Shown one piece after another: positions 39,895-50,117 of a stretch of DNA of 64,000 nt. Under the pieces are notes generated by a model that saw only the letters and a program-made list of their open reading frames with translations, searched no databases and was not told the origin of the DNA. Numbering within the stretch: position 1 is the stretch's first letter; each line of letters starts with the position of its first letter. The translations under genes and the position numbers were made by a program. Source of the DNA: an uncultured Mycoplasmatota bacterium (GTDB lineage: Bacteria; Bacillota_I; Bacilli_A; RF39; UBA660); contig CAMMJA010000001.1 of NCBI GenBank assembly GCA_946497145.1, positions 21,334-85,333 on the forward strand. Reading direction: 5' to 3'.

Positions 39895-41259
39895 ATGGTA
39901 AAGACGATGCCAAACAATTTAGAGGCCGAACAATCTGTATTAGGAGCATGTTTTTTATCGAAGTATGCTTTACAGAAATCCTGTGAGACATTGACGACCG
40001 AGTCGTTTTACGATGATCGCAATGCCAAAATTTTTGCATGTCTCAAAGAGTTGGTTGAAAAAAAAATTCCGATTGATTTAACGACCGTTACAGCAGAATT
40101 AAAGCAAAAGAACATGTTACAAAACATAGGTGGTGTAGAATATTTAACCGACATCGTCAACTTCGTTCCAACTGCGACTAACGTAGATTATTACATTAAA
40201 ATTGTCGAAGACACCTCTTTGTTACGTAGTTTAATACAAACGGCGACAGATATTGCGACAATGGGATACAATACCGAAGAAGAAGTAAACGAAACTTTAG
40301 ATAGCGCCGAAAAGAAGATTTTAGGTATTGTAAAAAATAGACGTTCGAGCGAATTTCGTTCGATTCAAGACGTCATGACGAAAACGCAGTCAGATTTGGA
40401 AAAACTTTCCCAAACAAAAGGCGAAATTACTGGACTTCCTACTGGATGGCACGACATCGATCGTATTACGGCTGGTTTTCATGAAAATGAATTCATCATC
40501 ATTGCTGCAAGACCTGCCATGGGAAAGACGGCTTTTGCACTTAATATGGCAACGTATATGGCGATCAATACGGATAAGCCAGTTGCTTTGTTCAACTTAG
40601 AAATGGGGGCAGAACAACTTGCCATGAGAATGATTTCTTCTGCAGGTCAAATTGATGGCTATAAGTTAAGAACAGGAAATTTGATGAGTAACGATTGGAA
40701 ACGCGTAAACGAAGCCGTAAGTCAGTTGTCGATGGCCAAGATGTACATCGACGATACTCCAGGTATTACCATTGGCGAAATTCGTTCGAAATGTCGACGT
40801 CTAGCCAGCAGCGAACAAGGATTGGGTGTGGTTATCATCGATTATTTGCAACTTATTTCAGGTGGTCGCGGATATGGTGGAAATCGTCAACAAGAAGTAT
40901 CAGATATATCTAGATCGCTGAAAACGATGGCCATGGAACTCCACGTTCCCGTCATTGCCCTTGCCCAATTATCACGTGCAGTAGAAGGAAGAGAGGATAA
41001 ACGTCCTATTATGAGTGATCTTCGTGAGTCCGGCTCTATCGAACAAGATGCTGACATCGTTTCTTTCTTGTATCGTGATGACTATTATAATAAAGAAGCA
41101 AGAATGGACGACAACACCAGCATTAGTGAATTTATTATTGGAAAACATCGTAATGGTCCAACGACAACCGTCGAATTGTTGTTTAAAAAAAATACCAGTA
41201 CGTTTGTCAATTTAAAACGTGACACTACCGAAAAAGGGAAAGGTGATAAAGTTGAATAA
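39895..41259 (+). CDS. dnaB: replicative DNA helicase (DnaB family; DnaC in Bacillus nomenclature)
   Basis: 454 aa. N-terminal NNLEAEQSVLG, Walker A ARPAMGKTAFALN, and RecA-like fold. Confidence 0.95.
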   Translation: MVKTMPNNLEAEQSVLGACFLSKYALQKSCETLTTESFYDDRNAKIFACLKELVEKKIPIDLTTVTAELKQKNMLQNIGGVEYLTDIVNFVPTATNVDYYIKIVEDTSLLRSLIQTATDIATMGYNTEEEVNETLDSAEKKILGIVKNRRSSEFRSIQDVMTKTQSDLEKLSQTKGEITGLPTGWHDIDRITAGFHENEFIIIAARPAMGKTAFALNMATYMAINTDKPVALFNLEMGAEQLAMRMISSAGQIDGYKLRTGNLMSNDWKRVNEAVSQLSMAKMYIDDTPGITIGEIRSKCRRLASSEQGLGVVIIDYLQLISGGRGYGGNRQQEVSDISRSLKTMAMELHVPVIALAQLSRAVEGREDKRPIMSDLRESGSIEQDADIVSFLYRDDYYNKEARMDDNTSISEFIIGKHRNGPTTTVELLFKKNTSTFVNLKRDTTEKGKGDKVE

Positions 41260-42730
41260 GAAAAACATTGGGTATGTGTTGATCGCATTTTTTTGTAGTA
41301 TCGGTCTTCTTTTAGTTGGTTTTCATGATAAAGAACAACCAGTACCCAAAGAAGTATATCGAGTCTACTTAGAAGGAGAATCCATTGGTTTGATCGAATC
41401 AAAAGAAGAATTAGAAAATTACATCGATCAAGAACAAGAGATGTTAAAAGAAAAGTATCAAGTAGACAAAGTATATCCTCCAAAGGATTTGGATATTGTC
41501 AAAGAAATTACCTACGACGAACAAATTTATTCTCCACAGTACGTTTACAATAAGATCAAAGACATCACACCATTTACGATCAATGGTTATACTATTACCA
41601 TTCATGGAGTTAAACAACAAACGGAAGAAGATAAAGATGCTATGACACCAACCGAAACTATTTATGTTTTGGATAAAGATATTTTCACCAATTCTGTGGA
41701 TAAAACCATTCGTTCTTTTATTCCAAGTGAGGAATATGATAGTTTTTTAAATGAAACCCAAGAAGAAATTGTAGATACAGGAAAATACATTGAAGATATT
41801 CGTATTGAAAACAAGATTACCATCAAGAAAGATAATATACCTGCGGATGAAATGATCTTTACTAACGAAGAAGATTTAAGCAAGTACTTGTTGTTTGGAA
41901 CGTTGGAAGATCAGAAAACGTATATTGTACAAGAAGGAGATACCATCGAAGATGTATCTTTTGCCAACAAGATTTCCCCAGAAGAATTTTTAATTTCCAA
42001 TCCGTCTTTTAAGGATGCCAATAGTTTGCTTTATCCTGGACAAGAAGTAACACTTGGTATTTTGCAACCAAAATTTCAAACCATCGAGGAGGAACATGTT
42101 GTCGAATTACAAGAACAAAAGTATGAAACAGAAATTCGTTACGACAACAATATGTACGTAGGACAGACAGAAGTCATTCAAGAAGGAGAAAACGGAGTTA
42201 ACAAAGTAACCAAAAAGGTACAAAAAGCCAATGGTGAAATTTTATCAGCCGTGATTGCCAGTACGGAAGAAGTAAAGCCGATGGTAAAAGAAATCATCGT
42301 GAAAGGTGGAAAAAGTAGTTCTCATATCGATGTTGGAGATTGGGCATGGCCAACAAATTTCCCATATATTATTACTTCACCATTCGCATGGCGTTGGGGA
42401 TCGTTGCATGATGGTGTCGATATTTCAGGAACTGGGGAGGGTTCGCCAATTCGAGCAGCCAAAAGCGGTGTAGTCATCACCAGTGCATATCAAAGTTGGC
42501 CAAATGGTCACTACATCTATATTGATCATGGAAATGGTTACATTACAACTTATTTGCATATGTCTGCAAGATATGTAAGTGAAGGAGAACAAGTAGAAAA
42601 AGGACAGATTATCGGCGCAATGGGACACACTGGTTGGGCAACCGGAACTCACTTACACTTCGGGTTATTCAAAGGTGGTTATCCATATCGTGGAGGTACA
42701 GCCCTTAATCCAATGGGGTTATATCAATGA
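41243..42730 (+). CDS. membrane-anchored LysM + M23 (LytM) family peptidase
   Basis: N-terminal TM, a LysM-like segment YIVQEGDTIEDVSFANKISPEEFLISNP, and M23 catalytic motifs HDGVDISG...HTGWATGTHLHFG. Start is uncertain (GTG 41243 or TTG 41252), overlapping the dnaB end. Confidence 0.75.
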   Translation: MIKLNKKNIGYVLIAFFCSIGLLLVGFHDKEQPVPKEVYRVYLEGESIGLIESKEELENYIDQEQEMLKEKYQVDKVYPPKDLDIVKEITYDEQIYSPQYVYNKIKDITPFTINGYTITIHGVKQQTEEDKDAMTPTETIYVLDKDIFTNSVDKTIRSFIPSEEYDSFLNETQEEIVDTGKYIEDIRIENKITIKKDNIPADEMIFTNEEDLSKYLLFGTLEDQKTYIVQEGDTIEDVSFANKISPEEFLISNPSFKDANSLLYPGQEVTLGILQPKFQTIEEEHVVELQEQKYETEIRYDNNMYVGQTEVIQEGENGVNKVTKKVQKANGEILSAVIASTEEVKPMVKEIIVKGGKSSSHIDVGDWAWPTNFPYIITSPFAWRWGSLHDGVDISGTGEGSPIRAAKSGVVITSAYQSWPNGHYIYIDHGNGYITTYLHMSARYVSEGEQVEKGQIIGAMGHTGWATGTHLHFGLFKGGYPYRGGTALNPMGLYQ

Positions 42731-43494
42731 TGAAAGTAAGAACCATTGCTAGCGGCTCTAAAGGAAATTGTACGTTAATTACGAACAGTCGATTAAATTT
42801 CATTATCGATATGGGCATTTCTTATTTGTCGCTTAAAAACTCTTTAAATAAATTAGAAATGACCCCTGATATGATTGATGCCGTCTTAATTACTCATACG
42901 CATAAAGATCACATCATGGGTCTTTCTTCGTTGATCAAAAAAACAAACGTCAAATGTTATATTCCAGAGGGATTGTATGAAGAAATCAACAAAATCGTTC
43001 CTAGTGAACAAATTGTGATAATCGAAGATGAATTTGATTTGGAAACCTTTCATATTCAATTGATTCATACTTCGCATGATGTTCCTTTTTCAGTAGGATA
43101 TATTATAACAAGTGAGGATGCTAGTTTGGTATATGTAACAGATACTGGATACATTAACCAACGTTATTTAAAAAAAATGAAAAATAAGACGATTTACATT
43201 ATGGAAAGTAATCACGATGAAAAGATGTTGATGGAAGGACCATATCCTTATTATTTAAAACAACGAGTAATTGGGGATAAAGGACATTTATCCAATCATA
43301 CCACTGCTGGATATTTGAAAGAAATCGTCGGTAAAGATACCAAGTATATCATTTTGGCCCATCTAAGTGAGCATAACAACACAGAAGAATTAGCAAGAAC
43401 GACTTTAGAAGAAGAGTTGATGGGAGCGGGTATTTTAGATAAAGAAATCATCATTGCCAAACAACATGAAGAAGGTCCATATATTGAGGTGTAG
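42727..43494 (+). CDS. MBL-fold metallo-hydrolase (YycJ/WalJ-like)
   Basis: 255 aa. HTHKDH motif. Adjacent to rlmH as yycJ is in Bacillus/Staphylococcus. Confidence 0.7.
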   Translation: MMKVRTIASGSKGNCTLITNSRLNFIIDMGISYLSLKNSLNKLEMTPDMIDAVLITHTHKDHIMGLSSLIKKTNVKCYIPEGLYEEINKIVPSEQIVIIEDEFDLETFHIQLIHTSHDVPFSVGYIITSEDASLVYVTDTGYINQRYLKKMKNKTIYIMESNHDEKMLMEGPYPYYLKQRVIGDKGHLSNHTTAGYLKEIVGKDTKYIILAHLSEHNNTEELARTTLEEELMGAGILDKEIIIAKQHEEGPYIEV

Positions 43495-43496
43495 AA

Positions 43497-43952
43497 ATGA
43501 TTAGAATCATATGTGTGGGGAAACTAAAAGAAACTTATCTCAAAGAAGCCGTAAAGGAATATCAAAAACGATTGCAAAAATATACTGCTTTAGAAATTGT
43601 GGAAGTAATGGACGAGGGTCTATTAGAACCAGCATTGGCCCTAAAAAAAGAGCAAGCCAAAATTGAAGAATACTTACTTCCCAAAACGTATCTTATTACG
43701 CTTGAAATAGAAGGAAAACAGATGTCGTCCGTAGAGTTCGCAAAACAGTTGGATCAGTTGTTTTTCAATCATAGTCATCTTACGTTTCTAATTGGCGGCT
43801 CTTATGGTTTGAGTGAAGAATTGAAACGAAGGGCAAATTTAAGATTATCTTTTTCGAAAATGACTTTTCCTCATCAATTATTTCGTATTTTACTATTGGA
43901 ACAAATTTATCGTAGTTATAAAATCAATCACAATGAGAACTATCATAAATAG
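43497..43952 (+). CDS. rlmH: 23S rRNA (pseudouridine1915-N3)-methyltransferase RlmH
   Basis: 151 aa, SPOUT fold. MIRIICVGKLKETYLKEAVKEY. Confidence 0.9.
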   Translation: MIRIICVGKLKETYLKEAVKEYQKRLQKYTALEIVEVMDEGLLEPALALKKEQAKIEEYLLPKTYLITLEIEGKQMSSVEFAKQLDQLFFNHSHLTFLIGGSYGLSEELKRRANLRLSFSKMTFPHQLFRILLLEQIYRSYKINHNENYHK

Positions 43953-44009
43953 TTCTTTTTTTTGACAAAATTTTCTATTGCTTTCTTTTATGATAATATT
44001 GGTGATAAT

Positions 44010-45323
44010 ATGATCGAAATAGTAAATAAGTTTCTTTGGGGAATTGCTACAATTTTTTTAATTGGAAGTGGAATTTATTTTACATCCAAGTTACATTTTA
44101 TTCAGTTTAAGTTTAAAGAAATGTTTCATGGATTTAAAGGAAAATCCCATGGAAAGATATCACCTTTTCAAACTCTTATGATGGCAACAGCAGCCCGTAT
44201 TGGAGTTGGTTCTCTTGCGGGTGTTGCTTTAGCAATCTACTTTGGTGGCTTAGGAAGTATTTTTTGGTTGTGGCTTTCGGCCATCATCACAGCACCGAAT
44301 GCCTTTGTAGAAAGTTGTCTAGGAGTGATTTATCGTGAAAAAGATGGTGCTTACTATAAGGGAGGACCGGCATACTATATTGATAAAGGACTAGGCAAGA
44401 AAAAATTAGCAAAATTATACGCAATATTGATTATTGTTGCCTATATTCTTGGTTTTTTAACCATTCAGGCCAATACGATTACCAAAAGTATTACGACTAG
44501 AATCGATATCAATCCCTTTGTAGTTGGCATCATCATTGCTATTTTAGCAGGAGGAATTATCATCAAAGGCGTCAAGGGAATTGCCGACGCTACGAGTAAG
44601 TTGGTTCCTGTAATGGGGCTTGGCTATTTGTTAGTAGCACTCATCATCGTTTTTATGAACATTGAGATGATTCCATCTATTTTTGCATCGATCATCAAAG
44701 ATGCCTTTCAACTGAAAAGTGCAGGAGTTGGCATCTTAACTTCCTTGCTAATTGGGGTCCAAAGAGGAATTTTCTCTAGCGAAGCAGGACTTGGAAGTGG
44801 TGCTATTGCATCTGCTACCAGCGATACCAACAATCCTGTAGGACAGGGTTTAATTCAAATACTAGGAATTTATTTTACGAGTTTGGTCGTGTGTACTAGT
44901 ACAGCACTTATTATTTTAACTTCTAATTATCAACATTTAGCACTAACGGACATTAACGGAATCGAGATTACCCAATATGCACTACAGTATCACTTGGGTT
45001 CAATTGGAGAGTGGATCTTGATCCTTGCGATCGTCTTATTTGCGTTTTCTACAGTAATTACCGGATATTACTATGGAGAAAGTAATCTACAGTATTTATA
45101 CCCTAAACATAAACCGAAACATATCTTTTTCTTAAAAGTAATTACCTTGCTTCTTTTAATTTATGGAAGCGTCGCTAGTGCGAACTTCTTATGGAAAATG
45201 GTCGACATTTTTGTCGCGTGTATGGCCATCATCAACATCTATGCAATATTTGGTATGCGTAAAGATATTGCTTACGAATGGGATCATTATAAGCGAAAAA
45301 AACAAAAACATAAAAATACATGA
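44010..45323 (+). CDS. alanine/glycine:cation symporter (AGCS family)
   Basis: Start at ATG MIEIVNKF (RBS GGTGA). An upstream TTGACA...TATGATAAT promoter lies inside the track ORF extension. AGCS motifs QTLMMATAARIGVGSLAGVA. Confidence 0.85.
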   Translation: MIEIVNKFLWGIATIFLIGSGIYFTSKLHFIQFKFKEMFHGFKGKSHGKISPFQTLMMATAARIGVGSLAGVALAIYFGGLGSIFWLWLSAIITAPNAFVESCLGVIYREKDGAYYKGGPAYYIDKGLGKKKLAKLYAILIIVAYILGFLTIQANTITKSITTRIDINPFVVGIIIAILAGGIIIKGVKGIADATSKLVPVMGLGYLLVALIIVFMNIEMIPSIFASIIKDAFQLKSAGVGILTSLLIGVQRGIFSSEAGLGSGAIASATSDTNNPVGQGLIQILGIYFTSLVVCTSTALIILTSNYQHLALTDINGIEITQYALQYHLGSIGEWILILAIVLFAFSTVITGYYYGESNLQYLYPKHKPKHIFFLKVITLLLLIYGSVASANFLWKMVDIFVACMAIINIYAIFGMRKDIAYEWDHYKRKKQKHKNT

Positions 45324-45348
45324 TATAATATCTTCAGGAAGTGATATT

Positions 45349-46011
45349 ATGATCGGAAATTATTGGGATCAATTGTTGAAAGAAGAATTTTCAAAACCGT
45401 ACTTTCAAGAATTGCTTCAGTTTGTTCAAAAAGAATATCAAGAAAAAACCATTTATCCGAAACAAACGGAAATTTTTAATGCTTTTCGTTATACACCATA
45501 TGATAAAATCAAAGTATTGTTGTTGGGACAAGATCCCTACCATGGAGTAGGGCAAGCCCAAGGATTGTCTTTTTCAGTAAGAGATGGCATTGCGAAACCA
45601 CCATCGCTTCAAAATATATTTAAAGAATTACAAGATGATTTGGGTTATCCCATTCCGAAAACTGGCTGTTTAATTTCGTGGACGCAAGAAGGCGTCATGC
45701 TTTTAAATGCTGTTTTGACGGTGGAAAAAGATAAGCCAGCATCTCATAAAGATCATGGTTGGGAAATTTTTACAGATGCAGTTATTAAAATTCTAAATGA
45801 AAAAACCACGCCAATTGTTTTTATCTTGTGGGGTAGTTATGCTCGTAGTAAAAAAAGTTTGATAACCAATCCCATTCATTGTATCATCGAATCTCCTCAT
45901 CCCTCTCCTTTTTCTGCTTACCATGGCTTCTTTGGAAGTAGACCATTTTCTAAAACCAATCAATTTTTAGAAAAACAAGGAATCAAACCCATTAACTGGC
46001 AAATAAAATAG
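45349..46011 (+). CDS. ung: uracil-DNA glycosylase
   Basis: 220 aa from ATG MIGNYWDQ. Motifs GQDPYHG and HPSPFS. The track ORF extends 62 codons upstream into the transporter gene. Confidence 0.93.
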   Translation: MIGNYWDQLLKEEFSKPYFQELLQFVQKEYQEKTIYPKQTEIFNAFRYTPYDKIKVLLLGQDPYHGVGQAQGLSFSVRDGIAKPPSLQNIFKELQDDLGYPIPKTGCLISWTQEGVMLLNAVLTVEKDKPASHKDHGWEIFTDAVIKILNEKTTPIVFILWGSYARSKKSLITNPIHCIIESPHPSPFSAYHGFFGSRPFSKTNQFLEKQGIKPINWQIK

Positions 46012-46024
46012 GATCATTAAGATC

Positions 46025-46558
46025 CTATTTTTTTAAAATTTCAAATATTTCTTCTTTTTCATCAGAATAAAATTCTTTGTTCTTGTATCGAAGAATTAAG
46101 CCCAACAGATTGGATGGAAAACAACGAATGAGTTTATTATATCTTACTACGTTATCATTATAATATTTGATGGCAGCATCCAAATCTGTGTTGACATCTA
46201 CTAGTTCATCCAACAAAGCAGCAATCGATTTATTTTGTTCTAATTCTGTTTTTAAATCTAAAATTTCGTTTAATTCTTTTGTTTTCTTTTCTAAAGCATC
46301 ACGCATTTGAAAATGGTTCCATTTTTGACTTTTAAACTTTTTAATTTCAAAAAATGCTTGATCGTTTTCTACCTTTTCTTGCTCTAGAAGTGGAACCATT
46401 CTGTTAAAAAAGTCCAATTTCTTTTCTAGAAGCAAATCGATGTTATTTTCGGCTTCGTCAATTTTAATAAAAGCAAGTTGAAATTTATTGTAAGTCGTAA
46501 TTGCAAGAATGACAATAATGATGAGAACAATGAAAATTCCTATTATGATGTATAACAT
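46025..46558 (-). CDS. lemA: LemA family protein
   Basis: 177 aa. N-terminal TM and LemA helical domain. Confidence 0.8.
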   Translation of the reverse strand: MLYIIIGIFIVLIIIVILAITTYNKFQLAFIKIDEAENNIDLLLEKKLDFFNRMVPLLEQEKVENDQAFFEIKKFKSQKWNHFQMRDALEKKTKELNEILDLKTELEQNKSIAALLDELVDVNTDLDAAIKYYNDNVVRYNKLIRCFPSNLLGLILRYKNKEFYSDEKEEIFEILKK

Positions 46559-46638
46559 ACAACCACCTCACTACATTAATTAAATTATATCAAAATAAAA
46601 AAAAGGATACAATGGTTTTCCTTTTTTATCATAAAAAT

Positions 46639-46995
46639 CTAGTGAGCAATTGGTTCATCAAATTCTACATAGTTGATATAAACGAGCCATAAGAGCCACC
46701 ATTTTCCTGTTTTTGGATCACTTAATAAGGCATAGTCACGTCCGGCATCTTCGATGATTCCTGTGAATTTCTTATCACGCCATTCTATGGAATCAGAATA
46801 AGACATGTAGATCGTTGCAAGTTTCCCCCTGTTTAGTTCCAATAAATTTTCCGCATAGGGTGGTTGTCCTGTGAGGTTGTTATTTTGATTCCCTCCATTT
46901 TGCATGTTTTGAATTGGTGGTTCGGTTCCACCTTGACTTGGCACCGTGATGGGTGGTACATAATTTGGAAACATATTATTGTTCATAGATAACAT
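46639..46995 (-). CDS. gerQ: spore coat protein GerQ homolog
   Basis: LNRGKLATIYMSY...W..KKFTGIIEDAGRDYALLSDPKTGKWWLLWLVYINYVEFDEPIA matches the B. subtilis GerQ core LNRGKLATFYMTY...GVIEAAGRDHIIISDPQTGKRYLLLMVYLDYITFDEEIA. Near ung, as gerQ(ywdL) is near ung(ywdG) in B. subtilis. Confidence 0.75.
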   Translation of the reverse strand: MLSMNNNMFPNYVPPITVPSQGGTEPPIQNMQNGGNQNNNLTGQPPYAENLLELNRGKLATIYMSYSDSIEWRDKKFTGIIEDAGRDYALLSDPKTGKWWLLWLVYINYVEFDEPIAH

Positions 46996-47088
46996 CCTTT
47001 CTTGTTTACAATAAATTGTATGACGAATGATATAAAATATTTCTAATAAAAACAGAAAGTGTTATAATAAATAAGAAAGGAGCATGTT

Positions 47089-47646
47089 ATGAAAGTATTA
47101 TTAGGAGTATCCAATCATCATTTTCATTTGACAGAAGAAGATTATAAAATTTTATTTGGAGATACCCCCATTGAAATAAAAAAAGAATTGGTACAAAAAG
47201 GACAGTATGCTTCTAATTTAACAGCAACGATCAAAACAGAAAAGGGAATCATTGAAAACGTACGATTGTTAACTCCTTTGAGAAAGTATACGCAAGTAGA
47301 AATTTCCAAGACGGATGCTTATCGTTTGGGGATCGATCCTCCCGTTCGTGATTCTGGCGATTTAAGGGATGCGGCAATGGTGGAAATTGTAGGGACGCAC
47401 GGCTATATAAAAAAAGAATGTGCGATTCTTGCAACAAGACACATTCATATGACCAAAGAAGATCAGAAAAAACTAAATTTAGAGGGTAAGACGGAAGTTC
47501 AAGTTCAGTTTGATGGAGAAAAAGGCGCAACACTTGACCATGTTCAACTGAAAGTGGATCCTAGTTATACCCTAGAGTTACATTTGGATACGGATGATGC
47601 GAATGCTTTGCTGTTAAAAACAGGCGATTATGGAACGATCAAATAG
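47089..47646 (+). CDS. pduL: phosphate propanoyltransferase PduL-type phosphotransacylase
   Basis: 185 aa. Tandem PduL repeats with conserved His: VSNHHFHL and ATRHIHM. Confidence 0.8.
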   Translation: MKVLLGVSNHHFHLTEEDYKILFGDTPIEIKKELVQKGQYASNLTATIKTEKGIIENVRLLTPLRKYTQVEISKTDAYRLGIDPPVRDSGDLRDAAMVEIVGTHGYIKKECAILATRHIHMTKEDQKKLNLEGKTEVQVQFDGEKGATLDHVQLKVDPSYTLELHLDTDDANALLLKTGDYGTIK

Positions 47647-49599
47647 TTATTGACCGGATATTTCATCAAATACCGGATCATCTAAAGAGGGTTCTGTACC
47701 TTTTACAAAGTACATAATCTTCTTTTTTTCTGTCTCTTCTGTTGCTGGTTTTCCAGAAATCGGATCGACCAAGACACCTACTACATTGCTTGGCATTTCA
47801 TACCAGGCATCGGGCTTATCTTTTTCGTATGCTTCCATGGTCTCAAGCCAAATATTGGAAGCGTATTTATGTTCGGAAGCAACCAAGTCACGATTGTCGT
47901 CGTAACCCACCCAAACAGCCGTTACAATATCTTTGTTGTAACCGATTGCCCAATTATCGGTGTTGGTCGTACCTGTTTTTAGAGCGTATTTATGAGTCAT
48001 TTTTGGAGCAAGATTGATGGCGGTAGGATAATTGTAATCAATATAAGAAGAATCATACGTAACAGTTAGTAAATTGTTCATGATAAAAGTTAAACTTTTG
48101 TTTAAAATACTTTCTTTGACATTCTCATGTTCATAAAGAACGTTACCATAAATATCTTCGACTTTGCTGATTAAATATGGTTCTACTTTGTATCCTTCGT
48201 TGGCAAATGCAGAGTAACCAGCAGCCATTTCGATGATGCCAATTTCGCCAGTTCCAAGAGGTAAAGAAGGAACGGCTTCTAGTTCAGAGGTAATCCCCAC
48301 GCGTTTGGCCATGTCGACCAAGACATCTTCCCCTAAGAACATGTGAGTTTTAACTGCATAAATATTTTCGGAATAGGCAACAGCAGTAGCCATCGAGATT
48401 GGTTTGTTGCCATACTTTTCATTATAATTTTGTGGAGAATATGTTTCATCGTTTGCAAAAGAAAAAGTGGTCTGTTCGCTAGTAAAGGTAGTACTGGTAG
48501 TAAACCCGTTTTCTAAGGCAGCATAGTACAAAAATGGTTTCATGGTTGAACCAACCTGTCTTTTGGCTTGCACTGCGCGATTAAACTGCGAAGAACTGTA
48601 GTCGCGTCCTCCTGTCAAAGCGATGATTTTGCCAGTTGTCGGCTCCACCATGACCGCAGCAGTTTCAAGTTCTAAATCTTCAGGCATGTTGTTTTTGATG
48701 TTATTTTCTAGATTTGTTTGGGCTTCAATATCTAAATTAGTATAGATTTTTAAGCCGCCAGTATCCAAGAAAGAAGAAGGGATCGTCTTGATATTTTTAA
48801 GTTCTCGAATGACTGCATCTTGATAGTACATCACAGTAGACAAATTGATTAAATCTTTTTTTCCAACATAAGTCAACTTTTCTTGATATGCTTCATCCAT
48901 TTGTTTTTGGGTGATCATTTTGTTTTTTACCATCAAACTTAAAGTGGTATGTTGTCTTTCTTTTGCTACCTCTTCATTGACTAGTGGCGAATAATTACTA
49001 GGAGATTTGGGTATACCAGTTAACATAGATGCTTCTGCAAGAGTCAAATTGCTGGCACTTTTATCAAAGTAGAATTTCGCCGCATTTTCGATACCGTACA
49101 TACCATGTCCATAGTTGATGGTATTTAGATATCCTTCCAAAATTTCATCTTTGCTGTAGTGTACTTCTAACTCTAAAGTAAGCCACATTTCGTCCCATTT
49201 TCGCTTCCATGTCTTATCAAAATCTAGAAACAAATTTTTCGCGTATTGCTGGGAAATAGTAGAAGCACCTTGTTTGGTAGAACCAGATGTAATATTTATG
49301 TAAGTGGCCTTTAAAATTCTTAAAAAATCAAAACCATGATGTTGATAAAAATTTTTATCTTCGGCTGCCAACGTTGCATCGATTAAATAATCAGATATTT
49401 GGTCAAGGGCAATCCATTCTTTAGAGCCGGTTCCTTGAAAAAATAAATTTCCTTCGCTATCGTATAAAGCCAAACTGTTGGCACTTTTGATTTGTAATTT
49501 AGGTGTAATTTTTGCATAAGTATAAACAGCAAAGTTACCTACGATAAAAACTAAAATCAGGATGATAAAAATACGTAACATCTTTTTTAATACTTTCAT
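47647..49599 (-). CDS. class A penicillin-binding protein (transglycosylase + transpeptidase)
   Basis: GT51 motifs AAEDKNFYQHHGFD and STISQQYAKN. TP motifs STMKP (GSTMKPF) and KTGT. Start at ATG MKVLKKM (RBS AAGGGTGA). Confidence 0.9.
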   Translation of the reverse strand: MKVLKKMLRIFIILILVFIVGNFAVYTYAKITPKLQIKSANSLALYDSEGNLFFQGTGSKEWIALDQISDYLIDATLAAEDKNFYQHHGFDFLRILKATYINITSGSTKQGASTISQQYAKNLFLDFDKTWKRKWDEMWLTLELEVHYSKDEILEGYLNTINYGHGMYGIENAAKFYFDKSASNLTLAEASMLTGIPKSPSNYSPLVNEEVAKERQHTTLSLMVKNKMITQKQMDEAYQEKLTYVGKKDLINLSTVMYYQDAVIRELKNIKTIPSSFLDTGGLKIYTNLDIEAQTNLENNIKNNMPEDLELETAAVMVEPTTGKIIALTGGRDYSSSQFNRAVQAKRQVGSTMKPFLYYAALENGFTTSTTFTSEQTTFSFANDETYSPQNYNEKYGNKPISMATAVAYSENIYAVKTHMFLGEDVLVDMAKRVGITSELEAVPSLPLGTGEIGIIEMAAGYSAFANEGYKVEPYLISKVEDIYGNVLYEHENVKESILNKSLTFIMNNLLTVTYDSSYIDYNYPTAINLAPKMTHKYALKTGTTNTDNWAIGYNKDIVTAVWVGYDDNRDLVASEHKYASNIWLETMEAYEKDKPDAWYEMPSNVVGVLVDPISGKPATEETEKKKIMYFVKGTEPSLDDPVFDEISGQ

Positions 49600-49706
49600 T
49601 TCTATCACCCTTTCTAAGGTTAGTATGAAAAAAATATTAGAAAATATGTATGCAATTAAAATAAGTTATGCTATAATGCAAGGTAGAACTTTGAAAGAAG
49701 GGCTTT

Positions 49707-50066
49707 ATGAAAAAAGTAGCAGTGAAAGGAACGCTTATAAACGATCAAGTGATAGTAGTGCTTGATGGTTCGGGCGTGATAGAAGATGGAAAGTTGAAAT
49801 GGGTAAGCGAACAAGATAAGATGGAATTTTGTTTTGATTTAAAACAAAACCGCTTAGAAAAAGAAGATGAGAATAGTAAAATGAATCTTTTATTTGCTTT
49901 AAATGAAAAAAGCATGATGCAGTATGCATTAAAAGATTCTAATTATGAAATGGACATTCCTATGGTGACGACCAAGTTACAAAAAGAGGAAAATCAAATA
50001 GAAATTTGTTATAAAGTGCAAGAAGATGATCAAAACAACGAGATTCAATTCCATGTTTATTGGTAG
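49707..50066 (+). CDS. DUF1934 family protein (YwiB-like)
   Basis: 119-aa beta-barrel-type protein directly upstream of argS, as ywiB is in B. subtilis. Confidence 0.6.
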   Translation: MKKVAVKGTLINDQVIVVLDGSGVIEDGKLKWVSEQDKMEFCFDLKQNRLEKEDENSKMNLLFALNEKSMMQYALKDSNYEMDIPMVTTKLQKEENQIEICYKVQEDDQNNEIQFHVYW

Positions 50067-50117
50067 TTTTTTGTATAGGAACAGGAAAATAGTAAAAGAT
50101 AGATAGAGGTGAAGGAT

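Noticed and set aside
50067-50117. T-box leader upstream of argS
   Set aside because: The intergenic gap is only ~50 bp and is occupied by the RBS. There is no room for a specifier hairpin and antiterminator.
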